Sequence record: MN047793.1 | Source: Xanthomonas phage Xoo-sp13 | DNA length: 24,000 nucleotides | Strand: one strand, 5' to 3' | Shown here: piece by piece, positions 7,837 through 16,560 of the stretch | How the letters are laid out: each line of letters begins with the position of its first letter | How positions within the stretch are numbered: the first letter of the stretch is position 1 | Translations under genes and position numbers: made by a program | Notes under the pieces: generated by a model | What the model saw: only the letters and a program-made list of their open reading frames with translations | Told to the model about the DNA's origin: nothing | The model's database searches: none

Positions 7837-8916
7837 TTACTTGACGTGGGTGTACGTCTCACCATCACGAATACGTGCTACGGTGCGAGCACTTGTGCCA
7901 ATTGCACGAGCAATCGATGCAAGCGGCCACTCTTCAGCCAACATGCCGCGAATATCACGCACTTGCTGGTCGGTCAGTGACAAGCCGGCAACATATGAAG
8001 TCTTCAGCGTCGGAGCAGAAACGGGAGGTGCTGACGTAGCCAACGGGGCCGGGGCAACAATACCGAACGTATTCGAAAGAATCTGAACTACTTCTTCTTC
8101 ACTTAGCTCGATGTCGTCGTTATCATCATCTTCATCTAATTCGTCATCATCCTGAGCAACGGATTGACCATATGAAGAGGTATAGCCAGACTTGATATCT
8201 TCCAGTGGCTGTAGGGTATCGGTCAGACTGAGTTCGTCAACTACCTCATAGCGCCAGCAGCGGCCCTTGGCATCATTGTAGTCGGCAGGAATCGACACGA
8301 CATCAGCCGGGTTAATCTTGACTACGACGATACGTTCACCACCAAAGTGAGCCAGATACGACTTCGAACAGAAGTGCAGACCCGCAGAACAGGTGCGGTT
8401 ACGGTCATCGTCAACAGCATTTCGCGGCATTTCGCAAATCTTGCCAACGCTGTTATCGAACGTACCGCTATGCACGTCGGTGTAGTCACTACGAACACGC
8501 TTGTACGCCAGGAAGTGACCATCATCCGTAATCGGAAGGTCGCACTTGCTCAGGAAGCTATACAGTTCGTCCACTGCACGCTTGGACGGATTCTGCATCA
8601 GGTTCTCTAGGAACGTCAGCAGCGGAGCCACGTTGCCAGCTTCTTCCAATACTGCCAGAATGCGGTCGGTTAGAGCGCCATGAATCGGACGACCGTTGTA
8701 CATGAGGCGTGAGCCTTCAAGGGTAACCAGACCCTGAGACACCTTGACGATTTCCTTACGGATTTCTACAGCACTACGGACGGCTTCAATGTCGCCAGCA
8801 GTGATTGCAGTAATCACTAGGTCGTACTGCGGAGTATTTGATGGAATAATATAATCGGTACCGTCAATAAAGACGGTCACGTTCTGTGACGATTTAATAT
8901 GTGGGATATGCGGCAT
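7837..8916 (-). CDS. rIIB: rIIB-like protein
   Basis: 'VTLEGSRLMYNGRPIHGALTDRILAVLEEAGNVAPLLTFLENLMQNPSKRAVDELYSFL...LPITDDGHFLAYKRV...CSAGLHFCS' is rIIB-type; adjacent to rIIA; C-terminal HTH-like 'RDIRGMLAEEWPLASIARAIGTSARTVARI'. Confidence 0.88.
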   Translation of the reverse strand: MPHIPHIKSSQNVTVFIDGTDYIIPSNTPQYDLVITAITAGDIEAVRSAVEIRKEIVKVSQGLVTLEGSRLMYNGRPIHGALTDRILAVLEEAGNVAPLLTFLENLMQNPSKRAVDELYSFLSKCDLPITDDGHFLAYKRVRSDYTDVHSGTFDNSVGKICEMPRNAVDDDRNRTCSAGLHFCSKSYLAHFGGERIVVVKINPADVVSIPADYNDAKGRCWRYEVVDELSLTDTLQPLEDIKSGYTSSYGQSVAQDDDELDEDDDNDDIELSEEEVVQILSNTFGIVAPAPLATSAPPVSAPTLKTSYVAGLSLTDQQVRDIRGMLAEEWPLASIARAIGTSARTVARIRDGETYTHVK

Positions 8917-8942
8917 TGAAACTTCCTTTATAAGTTGAAAGA

Positions 8943-8971
8943 ATTATACAGAGTTATTTGTGTTACGTCAA
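8943..8971 (-). promoter_or_regulatory. Sigma70-like promoter for the rIIB-like gene
   Basis: On the - strand: TTGACG (8971-8966) - 17 nt - TATAAT (8948-8943). Confidence 0.82.
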
Positions 8972-8974
8972 CAA

Positions 8975-11179
8975 TTACTTGTCAAAATGATTTACATATG
9001 CTGCCATGTGTACTGCTTCCGCTTCTTCAAACGCGCCCCAGCTACCACGTGTCGCCGTAACCAGTAGTGGAACCTTTTCATACAGATTTTCTGAATACGT
9101 CTGAATAATCTTCAGCGCAGGATGTCCACCAACGTCATGTGACGCAATATTCATCTGATAGCTATTGACTTGAGCACGTTCCACATAATCCTTCACACGA
9201 CGGTGCAGCATGCCCATACGGCGAATCTTACTACGGGTTTCCAACTTATCCACCAGACTATTCAAGCGGTCCGTCACAACTCCACGCAATACAGTGTGCA
9301 TCTTGAGAGCAAGAGCATACCGCTTAACCTTCGGGTCTTCCAGAATTTCCTGACGCTTCTGTTGAACAAAGTCGCTCAGTTCAATCCATTTGATATTGGT
9401 CTTTGCCAACTTATCCAAATCAGAAGTACGAATTGCATACAACGGAATATCATTCACCATGCCAGCCATTGTCAACTGGTAGAAGATTCCGGCGGCACCA
9501 GCATATGGCGTAGACGTGCGCTGACGTTCTACCGTCATATAAATGGCTTCGGTTACCGGGTCACCATTCTCATCTTCAAGGGCATCCAGCTTATCATATA
9601 CACGTTCCCAATTTGCCACCGAATCCAAATCATTTGAATTAGTATTGAGATATGCAGTTGGACGGGTGTAATCACGTGGGGTCGTACTCGATGCATAGAC
9701 AGCCTTTGGTGCATCCGGAAGTTCACTGTCCAGAATGACTGTAATACTATTCGAACCCAAATAATTCTTAAGGCTCTTAACCAGTTGCTTATCTACCAGC
9801 ACTTCCTTTGACACCGCTACTGAATACAGACGGTCCAAAGAATTGTCCAAGAAATAATGGCGCATCTTTGCAATAGGTGCTCGCACGTCATCACTACGCA
9901 ATACAATTGCATACTTCGTTGTGTTGTCAGGAGTAATCAGACCCCTGGATTCCGATGAACGAGAACCAGAGAATCCAGAATTTCCATTCGGAGTATATTC
10001 AGTAATAGACGCGGCATTACGCGTACGTGTCACCGTTTGGCCGTTAACATCGGTTGAGTCATAAGATACCGTGAATTCGGGCAGAGCAACAATACTAAAG
10101 TAATATTCACCCGCAGTACTACGCTTAGCCGGCTTCAAATCCATTTCGTTATCAATGAATTTGGAAAACATGGTGTTGGTATTGATAAAGCGAGCCTTAT
10201 CATACACATTGGTGAATCGTGCTAGTTCACCCTTCAGCCACGCAATAACTTCCAAGCGAGCCGTGTCAATCTTATTCTTAATATTGAGGATGGTAAAATC
10301 GTTGTATTCCACACCCTCACGGCTAGCAGTAACACCAATATCACCAATATTAAACTTCAGATGAATACCATAAGGATTCACCACGTCCATGAATGCACGT
10401 AGCTCAGCATTCAAATGTGGCTTCACCAAATCGTAATCCATGGCATAACCTACAGGTCCCTGCACAATGTAATTACGATTACCATAGCGATTCGGTGACA
10501 CATTCATAACACGAATGTTTTCCGACTCAAATGCAATGGTGCCAAAGTCTTCGAATTCAAACTTATCGCCACGCTGATAATTTTCGATAATCGGCTTGAC
10601 TGGCAGGAAACGCAGCTGCTGACGCACAGCCGTTTCAAACGAAACGAAGTCAGCTGGCTTCACACCAATCTTGACTTCCACGCCATTACCTTCATCGGTC
10701 GGCGATTCCATCATCAGCATGATTTGCGGAATGCCATTCATGATGGCAGCGTTATAATGATACTTCGTACCATTATGATTGGAAATCACATTGAATTGGT
10801 CAGTGTAAGCGAACGGAGTCTTAGCACCCAGACCGAATGCACCAACGGCATCGTTAGACTGGTCTTTAGTAGACTCACCATACTGACAGAACACCGTTTC
10901 AACTGCTTCCGGTGACAGGCCGACGCCAAAGTCACGGATAGACAGCCATGGTTCCATGGGGTCTGGAAGATGGATCACAAATGGACGCTCAGGAGTACCA
11001 GCCATCGTATGGCCGTCTAGTGCGTTACACGAAATTTCGCGAACGATTGAGCCTTGCTTATCCTGATATAGATTGTCCGAAAGGATGCGGAACATCTTTT
11101 CGTTATTGGCAATACCAAAGCTCATGGTTTTGCCAGCACCAGAGACAGTTACAGGAGCAGACTTGGAGCGCAGTTCCAT
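8975..11179 (-). CDS. rIIA: rIIA-like protein (GHKL-type ATPase N-terminus)
   Basis: 'REISCNALDGHTMAG...IRDFGVGLSPEAVETVFCQYGESTKDQSNDAVGAFGLGAKTPFAYTDQFNV' is GHKL/rIIA-like. Start placed at ATG 11179 (MELRSKSAP) because the tool start at 11242 lies in the promoter. Confidence 0.92.
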   Translation of the reverse strand: MELRSKSAPVTVSGAGKTMSFGIANNEKMFRILSDNLYQDKQGSIVREISCNALDGHTMAGTPERPFVIHLPDPMEPWLSIRDFGVGLSPEAVETVFCQYGESTKDQSNDAVGAFGLGAKTPFAYTDQFNVISNHNGTKYHYNAAIMNGIPQIMLMMESPTDEGNGVEVKIGVKPADFVSFETAVRQQLRFLPVKPIIENYQRGDKFEFEDFGTIAFESENIRVMNVSPNRYGNRNYIVQGPVGYAMDYDLVKPHLNAELRAFMDVVNPYGIHLKFNIGDIGVTASREGVEYNDFTILNIKNKIDTARLEVIAWLKGELARFTNVYDKARFINTNTMFSKFIDNEMDLKPAKRSTAGEYYFSIVALPEFTVSYDSTDVNGQTVTRTRNAASITEYTPNGNSGFSGSRSSESRGLITPDNTTKYAIVLRSDDVRAPIAKMRHYFLDNSLDRLYSVAVSKEVLVDKQLVKSLKNYLGSNSITVILDSELPDAPKAVYASSTTPRDYTRPTAYLNTNSNDLDSVANWERVYDKLDALEDENGDPVTEAIYMTVERQRTSTPYAGAAGIFYQLTMAGMVNDIPLYAIRTSDLDKLAKTNIKWIELSDFVQQKRQEILEDPKVKRYALALKMHTVLRGVVTDRLNSLVDKLETRSKIRRMGMLHRRVKDYVERAQVNSYQMNIASHDVGGHPALKIIQTYSENLYEKVPLLVTATRGSWGAFEEAEAVHMAAYVNHFDK

Positions 11180-11213
11180 TGTGTGAATACCTTTATGTGT
11201 AGAAAGTACGTGA

Positions 11214-11242
11214 ATTATAGGTAGGTCATTTCGTAATGTCAA
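11214..11242 (-). promoter_or_regulatory. Sigma70-like promoter, proximal to rIIA
   Basis: On the - strand: TTGACA (11242-11237) - 17 nt - TATAAT (11219-11214). Confidence 0.85.
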
Positions 11243-11286
11243 CCCCTATCCGATCATCGGTCAATAGAAGTTAACTCATACCAGCA

Positions 11287-11314
11287 ACTATAAACACTAA
11301 ATTTTAATTGTCAA
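11287..11314 (-). promoter_or_regulatory. Sigma70-like promoter, distal to rIIA
   Basis: On the - strand: TTGACA (11314-11309) - 16 nt - TATAGT (11292-11287). Confidence 0.65.
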
Positions 11315-11379
11315 GACTTGACTTATAATTTAGGTTGCTGTAAAATGGATGGTAGGCCGGGAGCATAGGATGCTTCAGC

Positions 11380-11409
11380 AAAAAGGCCCGGATTTCTCCA
11401 GGCCTTTTG
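11380..11409 (-). terminator. Terminator, possibly bidirectional
   Basis: AAAAGGCC(T)GG..CC(G)GGCCTTTTT on the - strand, just past the stop of the 11410-11571 ORF; also T-rich on the + strand. Confidence 0.8.
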
Positions 11410-11571
11410 TTAGTCAGTAATTACATGCAGTAAATGCGGCGGTACTAAAGCTTGAACAGCGCGGTATGCTTCTTCGTGTCCATTGGTTTGGTCTTCAGTA
11501 GCTCCGTAGGGAATAGCAGCAATAGCGGCTAATGCTGCTCTAATCCCATCATAATAATCACTGGACATCAT
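11410..11571 (-). CDS. Hypothetical small protein (53 aa), not in the supplied ORF track
   Basis: MMSSDYYDGIRAALAAIAAIPYGATEDQTNGHEEAYRAVQALVPPHLLHVITD*; TAATG junction with the upstream gene; terminator follows. Confidence 0.7.
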   Translation of the reverse strand: MMSSDYYDGIRAALAAIAAIPYGATEDQTNGHEEAYRAVQALVPPHLLHVITD

Positions 11572-11741
11572 TAACGAATAACTTCGCCAGTTGAACGGTC
11601 CATGATGCCGTAGGCAGTCGGAGAGTTCTGGTTACGCTTGAAGTCACGAGCATCTTCACGAGTTGCGGCGTTCTTTAGAGCCTTGGCAGTACCGGTACGA
11701 TTGAAGCTCTTCTTGCTGAATACAAAATAACGAGTTGACAT
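11571..11741 (-). CDS. Hypothetical small basic protein
   Basis: MSTRYFVFSKKSFNRTGTAKALKNAATREDARDFKRNQ...; start placed at 11741. Confidence 0.7.
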   Translation of the reverse strand: MSTRYFVFSKKSFNRTGTAKALKNAATREDARDFKRNQNSPTAYGIMDRSTGEVIR

Positions 11742-11788
11742 GTGGTTTAATTTCCTAAGTTCTGCGGTGTTGCTGTGCAGATGGGAGA

Positions 11789-11817
11789 ATAATACCCACA
11801 TCTCGTATTCTTGTCAA
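11789..11817 (-). promoter_or_regulatory. Sigma70-like promoter
   Basis: On the - strand: TTGACA (11817-11812) - 17 nt - TATTAT (11794-11789). Confidence 0.78.
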
Positions 11818-11824
11818 TACTGTT

Positions 11825-12145
11825 TCAATGAATTTTTTGTCTTTTTGATTCAGCTACCTGAGCATCAAACTCACTAGCACGAATGGCCCGACACGTTGTC
11901 ATCGGCTTAGGGGTGACAAACATATCTTTTCCAATAACAATGAACCCCTCTTTGATTTCTGGACGCTGGTTCACCTTAATGAGATATTCCGATTTGTCTT
12001 CACCCACACAGCCGAGATACCAATCTTCTCTTCGGTTAGCAGTGTATTCATGATAATCACTCCACCACCAGACCCCAATGAATACGACTAACATGGAATA
12101 GGTGAATTTTTCACCTACACTAAAGTTACTTTGTTTAAGTTTCAT
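11825..12145 (-). CDS. Hypothetical membrane-anchored protein
   Basis: 106 aa ORF with an N-terminal hydrophobic segment (YSMLVVFIGVWWWS). Confidence 0.75.
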   Translation of the reverse strand: MKLKQSNFSVGEKFTYSMLVVFIGVWWWSDYHEYTANRREDWYLGCVGEDKSEYLIKVNQRPEIKEGFIVIGKDMFVTPKPMTTCRAIRASEFDAQVAESKRQKIH

Positions 12146-12878
12146 ATTCCACTTCGGGTTCTTCTAGTTTTTCAATGTGGAGCGAAACGTAATCTCGGCT
12201 CTGACTAAACACCGGAATAAGTACGTCAATTTCTTTTGAGATTGAATTATAAGCAAGGCCACGCTTATAATGAATAGCCAAGTCATTCCAGTTAACTGGA
12301 ATATCCATTTGCATTAGCAAGTCCTGCACTTCAGCATTGTTCAGTCCATGGCACTTGGCATGGCCTAGATAGTGGGTCGCTACACTACGAATGCTGTTAC
12401 GCACTGCATCATTCTGACGCCAGATAAAATAATTGACCACTTCCTCTTTCGGCAGCGTAAATGCACGGGCATCAAACATCGCTAGCGGCTGACCCTCAAA
12501 CGCCTCTGCTGCCAGCTGATTGAACTTAGCGGTCGCTAACGATGCTGCTACAGAAACCATCTTCTGTAGATTGTTATCGAACCATGCATCTGTGGTTAGT
12601 GTATCGTAATCACGTAGAAGAATGCTAATCTCATCTGACTGAGTATAGGCAAACGATGCACCCTGAATATTGTCCACCACGAATTTAGTCGTATGAGCCA
12701 TGATGGAAATAAACGTGTCATCATGCGGACGGTCAAGGCCACGGGTCCACGTATGGAATGCCTTACCATCTAGACGAATGATAACGGGAGTACGACGCAT
12801 GAATTTAAAACGGTAGACGTTTTCGTAACCTTTCATGCGGTCGCCGAACGAATCTCCCTTGGGTGCAGATTTTGCCAT
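12135..12878 (-). CDS. thg1: tRNA-His guanylyltransferase (Thg1)-like 3'-5' nucleotidyltransferase
   Basis: 'GDRMKGYENVYRFKFMRRTPVIIRLDGKAFHTWTRGLDRPHDDTF...GASFAYTQSDEISILLRDY...FDARAFTLPKEEVVNYFIWRQNDAVRNSI' contains hallmark Thg1 motifs (IRLDGKxFH, YTQSDEIS). Confidence 0.95.
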   Translation of the reverse strand: MAKSAPKGDSFGDRMKGYENVYRFKFMRRTPVIIRLDGKAFHTWTRGLDRPHDDTFISIMAHTTKFVVDNIQGASFAYTQSDEISILLRDYDTLTTDAWFDNNLQKMVSVAASLATAKFNQLAAEAFEGQPLAMFDARAFTLPKEEVVNYFIWRQNDAVRNSIRSVATHYLGHAKCHGLNNAEVQDLLMQMDIPVNWNDLAIHYKRGLAYNSISKEIDVLIPVFSQSRDYVSLHIEKLEEPEVEYET

Positions 12879-12891
12879 TTGAATTTTCCGG

Positions 12892-13368
12892 TTAGGTTCG
12901 TGGATTAATATTCCACAACTCTTTCAGTCTATCATACTTCTGCTTAGACTTGTTGTATTTTTGTACTTCCCGAATGGTAACATGTGCTCGCTTCCTTTCT
13001 TCAGAAAGGAGTTCCGTCATCACATTATCCATCCGCAACTGGGTAGGTGACCCTATGTTGTATAGAGTATGACTACCAAGCCACTTATCCTTCAATGTGA
13101 ACAAAGTTAACTTGACATTTTTAGTACCATCATGGGTAAAACGAATTTGCCGTTCACCCCATGTAAAAATCACGCATTCACTGACATGCCATTTGCCATA
13201 TTTACGGGCCATTACATCAGGAGCAATTTCAACTAATGTATTAAAGTTAACATCAGCTGTAGTAAATGGAATAGCATCCGCACAACAACTAAATGCTTCA
13301 ACATCAGTTGGTCGGTTATAAGCAATGTACTGCAAATAATCCAGTGCTGCCAAATATAATGGACTCAT
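12892..13368 (-). CDS. Hypothetical protein
   Basis: MSPLYLAALDYLQYIAYNRP...; ATG at 13368 preferred over 13437, which overlaps the upstream gene. Confidence 0.7.
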   Translation of the reverse strand: MSPLYLAALDYLQYIAYNRPTDVEAFSCCADAIPFTTADVNFNTLVEIAPDVMARKYGKWHVSECVIFTWGERQIRFTHDGTKNVKLTLFTLKDKWLGSHTLYNIGSPTQLRMDNVMTELLSEERKRAHVTIREVQKYNKSKQKYDRLKELWNINPRT

Positions 13369-13372
13369 CGTA

Positions 13373-13666
13373 TTACCATTGAATGTCGTAAAGCTTTGCC
13401 AGATGACTATCAATCGAGGCCTTAATATGGTCCTCAATCCGCTTGATTTCTGCCTGAATCTTTTGCTCTTCGTTCATGCTAGACGGATAGTTCGTTTCAA
13501 AATTCCACGTGGTGGAATCCCACACAATCTCATCAGCAAAGTGAATCAGAACAGTAGTACCGTCCGTAGTACCCGTAATCATGCCAAAGCGGTTGACCGG
13601 TGTGCGCTCCTTCAACATGAAGGCAATACGCTCATTCAACTTACGGACAATATCGAACAACATCAT
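13373..13666 (-). CDS. Hypothetical protein
   Basis: 97 aa ORF beginning just downstream of a promoter; start 13666 or 13663. Confidence 0.75.
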   Translation of the reverse strand: MMLFDIVRKLNERIAFMLKERTPVNRFGMITGTTDGTTVLIHFADEIVWDSTTWNFETNYPSSMNEEQKIQAEIKRIEDHIKASIDSHLAKLYDIQW

Positions 13667-13695
13667 GATTTCGTAACTCCTTGGTCTAGGGCTAA

Positions 13696-13723
13696 ATTAT
13701 AGCCCTAATTTGGTGAGAGTCAA
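13696..13723 (-). promoter_or_regulatory. Sigma70-like promoter with -10 in a short dyad
   Basis: On the - strand: TTGACT (13723-13718) - 16 nt - TATAAT (13701-13696); overlaps GGGCTAAATTATAGCCC. Confidence 0.72.
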
Positions 13724-14388
13724 GTGAGGTTGATGAATGGCCGCGTCTCACCCGGACCAATCTTGGCAGCACGGTGGTACCCATCTACCAAAAATTTACC
13801 CTGATACACAACACCAATTGGCAAATCGATATCGGCAATTTCGTAGTCATCGACCTCAAAACGCTTCACCCGAGTCATGTAGTCATTGTTATGACGCAAG
13901 TCACCTGGGTCAATCCAAATTAATCCGAAGCCAGTAGCATCCCGTACTGCATCAATCAAATAGGAATATTCGCGAAGCAGAACAAACTTGACAATCGCCA
14001 AAGAATCCTGTTGCAACTTCAACATGTTATCAACGTCCTCAAGAAAATCAGATTTCCCATTGAACGACACATCACCAATTTCATCACCGTAATACCCACG
14101 GGTTACATCAACGGTCCATTTGGTGGAATCGTACACCTTGTGCATACGGAACAACCGGTCAATCGCATATTTCTCCATCAGCGTAGGAACATGCTTAGGA
14201 AGCCCCCATTGCGTTGGATTCTTTCCCAAGGGAACCTTAACAATATCCACCGGGAACTCTTTGCGCGGAACCGGACCTACGACAACATTAGCGATTCGAG
14301 AACTGCGTTCATTGTCGCTACCAGTACGGTCATAGTCATACGATGGCTCAATACGCAAATATGATTTAAGAGTATGCGACTTCATCAC
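13720..14388 (-). CDS. Hypothetical protein
   Basis: 222 aa ORF; 'FLVDGYHRAA' vaguely recalls ParB/Srx-like folds but is insufficient for assignment. Start 14388 or 14385. Confidence 0.75.
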   Translation of the reverse strand: MMKSHTLKSYLRIEPSYDYDRTGSDNERSSRIANVVVGPVPRKEFPVDIVKVPLGKNPTQWGLPKHVPTLMEKYAIDRLFRMHKVYDSTKWTVDVTRGYYGDEIGDVSFNGKSDFLEDVDNMLKLQQDSLAIVKFVLLREYSYLIDAVRDATGFGLIWIDPGDLRHNNDYMTRVKRFEVDDYEIADIDLPIGVVYQGKFLVDGYHRAAKIGPGETRPFINLT

Positions 14389-14401
14389 TAATACCTAAAT
14401 G

Positions 14402-14689
14402 TTATTTGGTAGACTTAATCTTGCTAACCAACATATCGACAAGTTGCCAGATTCCAATACCACTACAAATGGCTAAAGAAAGAGGCCACAAGCCCGCCAA
14501 TAATACAGCGAACATAACCGACTCAAACATATCGTCAGCTTCCTCGCCAGGGTAATACCCACGGTGCTTGTATTTGTTAATATTGGATACGGTCATCCCT
14601 ACCACAACACTGAAGAAAATAATCAGCATCAACCACCAACTATTAATATAGATGGTATGAAATACGTCCAGCATTTCAGAGAATGACAT
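14402..14689 (-). CDS. Putative membrane protein
   Basis: 95 aa ORF with two hydrophobic segments. Confidence 0.75.
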   Translation of the reverse strand: MSFSEMLDVFHTIYINSWWLMLIIFFSVVVGMTVSNINKYKHRGYYPGEEADDMFESVMFAVLLAGLWPLSLAICSGIGIWQLVDMLVSKIKSTK

Positions 14690-14865
14690 TAGACTAATCC
14701 ATGGTTAAGTTGGTAAAGCGTAATCCACGGCAAACTGACTCCCACCACTAATGTGAGGAAGTCACTAAACCGCTTGGGGATTCCATACACAGAAATAAGC
14801 ACCACGCCAAAGACAATGCTAATGACGAGAGATACCAATGTAGAAATTTCAGGAAGTGTGTTCAT
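14689..14865 (-). CDS. Putative small membrane protein (58 aa), not in the supplied ORF track
   Basis: MNTLPEISTLVSLVISIVFGVVLISVYGIPKRFSDFLTLVVGVSLPWITLYQLNHGLV*; TAATG coupling with the downstream gene. Confidence 0.6.
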   Translation of the reverse strand: MNTLPEISTLVSLVISIVFGVVLISVYGIPKRFSDFLTLVVGVSLPWITLYQLNHGLV

Positions 14866-14871
14866 GCATTA

Positions 14872-14899
14872 ATTATAGCACGAACTTTCGTAGTGTCAA
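14872..14899 (-). promoter_or_regulatory. Sigma70-like promoter
   Basis: On the - strand: TTGACA (14899-14894) - 16 nt - TATAAT (14877-14872). Confidence 0.82.
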
Positions 14900-14940
14900 G
14901 TAATTTTATCTAGTAGTTTCTTTATCTTACTGGTCGCCCA

Positions 14941-15069
14941 TTATTTCCGAACCTTCATCACAGCCTTTTTACCAACATGTTCAATCAACACAAAACAGAT
15001 GAATAGCATGACCAGCATGCCAACCGCTAACCCCAAAACAAATGCGATGGTATGCGAGAACTGAAACAT
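14941..15069 (-). CDS. Putative single-TM microprotein (42 aa), not in the supplied ORF track
   Basis: MFQFSHTIAFVLGLAVGMLVMLFICFVLIEHVGKKAVMKVRK*; promoter upstream at 15098-15126. Confidence 0.55.
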   Translation of the reverse strand: MFQFSHTIAFVLGLAVGMLVMLFICFVLIEHVGKKAVMKVRK

Positions 15070-15097
15070 GGTATAGCCCCTGTATTATAGTAAGGCT

Positions 15098-15126
15098 ATA
15101 TTAACAGAGTCATTTATAATTGTCAA
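15098..15126 (-). promoter_or_regulatory. Sigma70-like promoter
   Basis: On the - strand: TTGACA (15126-15121) - 17 nt - TAATAT (15103-15098). Confidence 0.65.
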
Positions 15127-15127
15127 G

Positions 15128-15505
15128 TTAGTCTGACAAAACTGTACAGACCACTTTCTCATCAGCAACATGCTTACCCACCAGACGATTAGCTGAATTC
15201 AATGCCTGTTCGTATGTAGGAAAACTCTTGATTACCTCATGCATCAAACCACCATGTACGTCACACGTGGTCACATACACCGAAACACCAATCTTCTCAT
15301 CCAAGTAAGTAACGTAATACGTACCATCATTATTAAGAATGACATCAGCACTCTTAATCGTTGACTTACGTTGCGGTTTGGGCGGTGGTGGTGGATTAGA
15401 AGGATTAGAACCTTTCCTAACGAACTTTACTTGGGTTCTAACTTTCCCCTCAGTAAATCCATTAGTGGCACGACCAGTTAGCCAATTGAATAGACGGTTC
15501 ATCAT
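15128..15505 (-). CDS. Hypothetical protein
   Basis: 125 aa ORF; 4-nt overlap with its upstream neighbour. Confidence 0.75.
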   Translation of the reverse strand: MMNRLFNWLTGRATNGFTEGKVRTQVKFVRKGSNPSNPPPPPKPQRKSTIKSADVILNNDGTYYVTYLDEKIGVSVYVTTCDVHGGLMHEVIKSFPTYEQALNSANRLVGKHVADEKVVCTVLSD

Positions 15506-15825
15506 TCAGCCACTTTAGCCACAACAGCATTTCGGACAATCTCAAGACAGTTTTTAGCTGACCACTGGTCAACCGAACTATCAAACTTTGCAATAGTAAT
15601 GAACTGCTCAAGGTTACGCAAAGCTACCGACAATAATGGATGTTCCTTAGCAAGCTTACTAGATGGGTGCAATGGATCAGCACCAATATAAATCGCTTCC
15701 GGAGCTTCAGGCCATTCCTTTCGTAGCGTGGCAAACTCGCCCACATTCCACAAACGAAGAAATTCCAATCCATCATCAGTTTCAAGGGCAAATTGAATTG
15801 CCGCCACACTTGCATCATTATTCAT
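15502..15825 (-). CDS. Hypothetical protein
   Basis: 107 aa ORF, overlap-coupled. Confidence 0.75.
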   Translation of the reverse strand: MNNDASVAAIQFALETDDGLEFLRLWNVGEFATLRKEWPEAPEAIYIGADPLHPSSKLAKEHPLLSVALRNLEQFITIAKFDSSVDQWSAKNCLEIVRNAVVAKVAE

Positions 15826-16043
15826 CAGTTATTCCTCATAGCGTTAATCATAGCATCCCACACCTTACGGGTCTGTGGGTCCAAGGTACTATATGGCTCA
15901 CTTTCTGTCCATGAGCCTTCACCATATGCAGAGCATAGCACTGTCGGCTGTGGACATGCATGCGAACCAGCAGTCACCATTTTATCTGTCGGAATAATTG
16001 GGACCAATACATAACCTTCCGGAACCGAATATAATTTATTCAT
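15825..16043 (-). CDS. Hypothetical protein
   Basis: 72 aa ORF, coupled by TAATG. Confidence 0.65.
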   Translation of the reverse strand: MNKLYSVPEGYVLVPIIPTDKMVTAGSHACPQPTVLCSAYGEGSWTESEPYSTLDPQTRKVWDAMINAMRNN

Positions 16044-16372
16044 CGGTCATTTCCTTTAGGGTATAAGGGGTCTTCTACTCCAGTGATCGCATTAATGTCC
16101 ATTCGACTTAACATACTCTTCTGAGTACGTAATTCTAATACTACTTGATCCTGTAGTAACACCAATGCACCCATGACCTCATGCAAATGCTCATGAGCAA
16201 TAACCTTATCTACTCCAGCAGCAATTGCTAAAGCATGTAATGCATATACTGCATTCGTACCATCTTCATAGGTAGCAGCAGCAATCGCACGGCGTAGGTC
16301 TAATGTAGCATTAGCCGTTCGTCGGATATCCTCATCCGTTACTTGTTTATTTGTATCAATGCGCTTAGACAT
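16040..16372 (-). CDS. Hypothetical protein
   Basis: MSKRIDTNKQVTDEDIRRTANATLDLRRAIAAATY...; start placed at 16372 (TGATG coupling) rather than 16459. Confidence 0.75.
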   Translation of the reverse strand: MSKRIDTNKQVTDEDIRRTANATLDLRRAIAAATYEDGTNAVYALHALAIAAGVDKVIAHEHLHEVMGALVLLQDQVVLELRTQKSMLSRMDINAITGVEDPLYPKGNDR

Positions 16373-16560
16373 CACCAATTCGCCATCGCCATGAACAATA
16401 AAACCACCGTTATTACCAGCCAAATAAAGCCAAGAAACGCACGGCCCACTGGTGCCCATTGGCTAATATCAAAACTCGCAGCAGCGAATGCGCCAGCCAT
16501 GTAAAAAAGCATAGCACACAATACCGATGCAACAACTACCGCCAATAAATTATTCTTCAT
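16372..16560 (-). CDS. Putative small membrane protein
   Basis: 62 aa, two hydrophobic segments (LLAVVVASVLCAMLFYMAGAF, AFLGFIWLVITVVLLFMAM). Confidence 0.7.
   Translation of the reverse strand: MKNNLLAVVVASVLCAMLFYMAGAFAAASFDISQWAPVGRAFLGFIWLVITVVLLFMAMANW

Noticed and set aside
9170-10915. + strand ORFs opposite rIIA (9170-9637, 10155-10364, 10724-10915, 10948-11202)
   Set aside because: Fully antisense to a strongly supported rIIA-like gene; no promoter or homology features.
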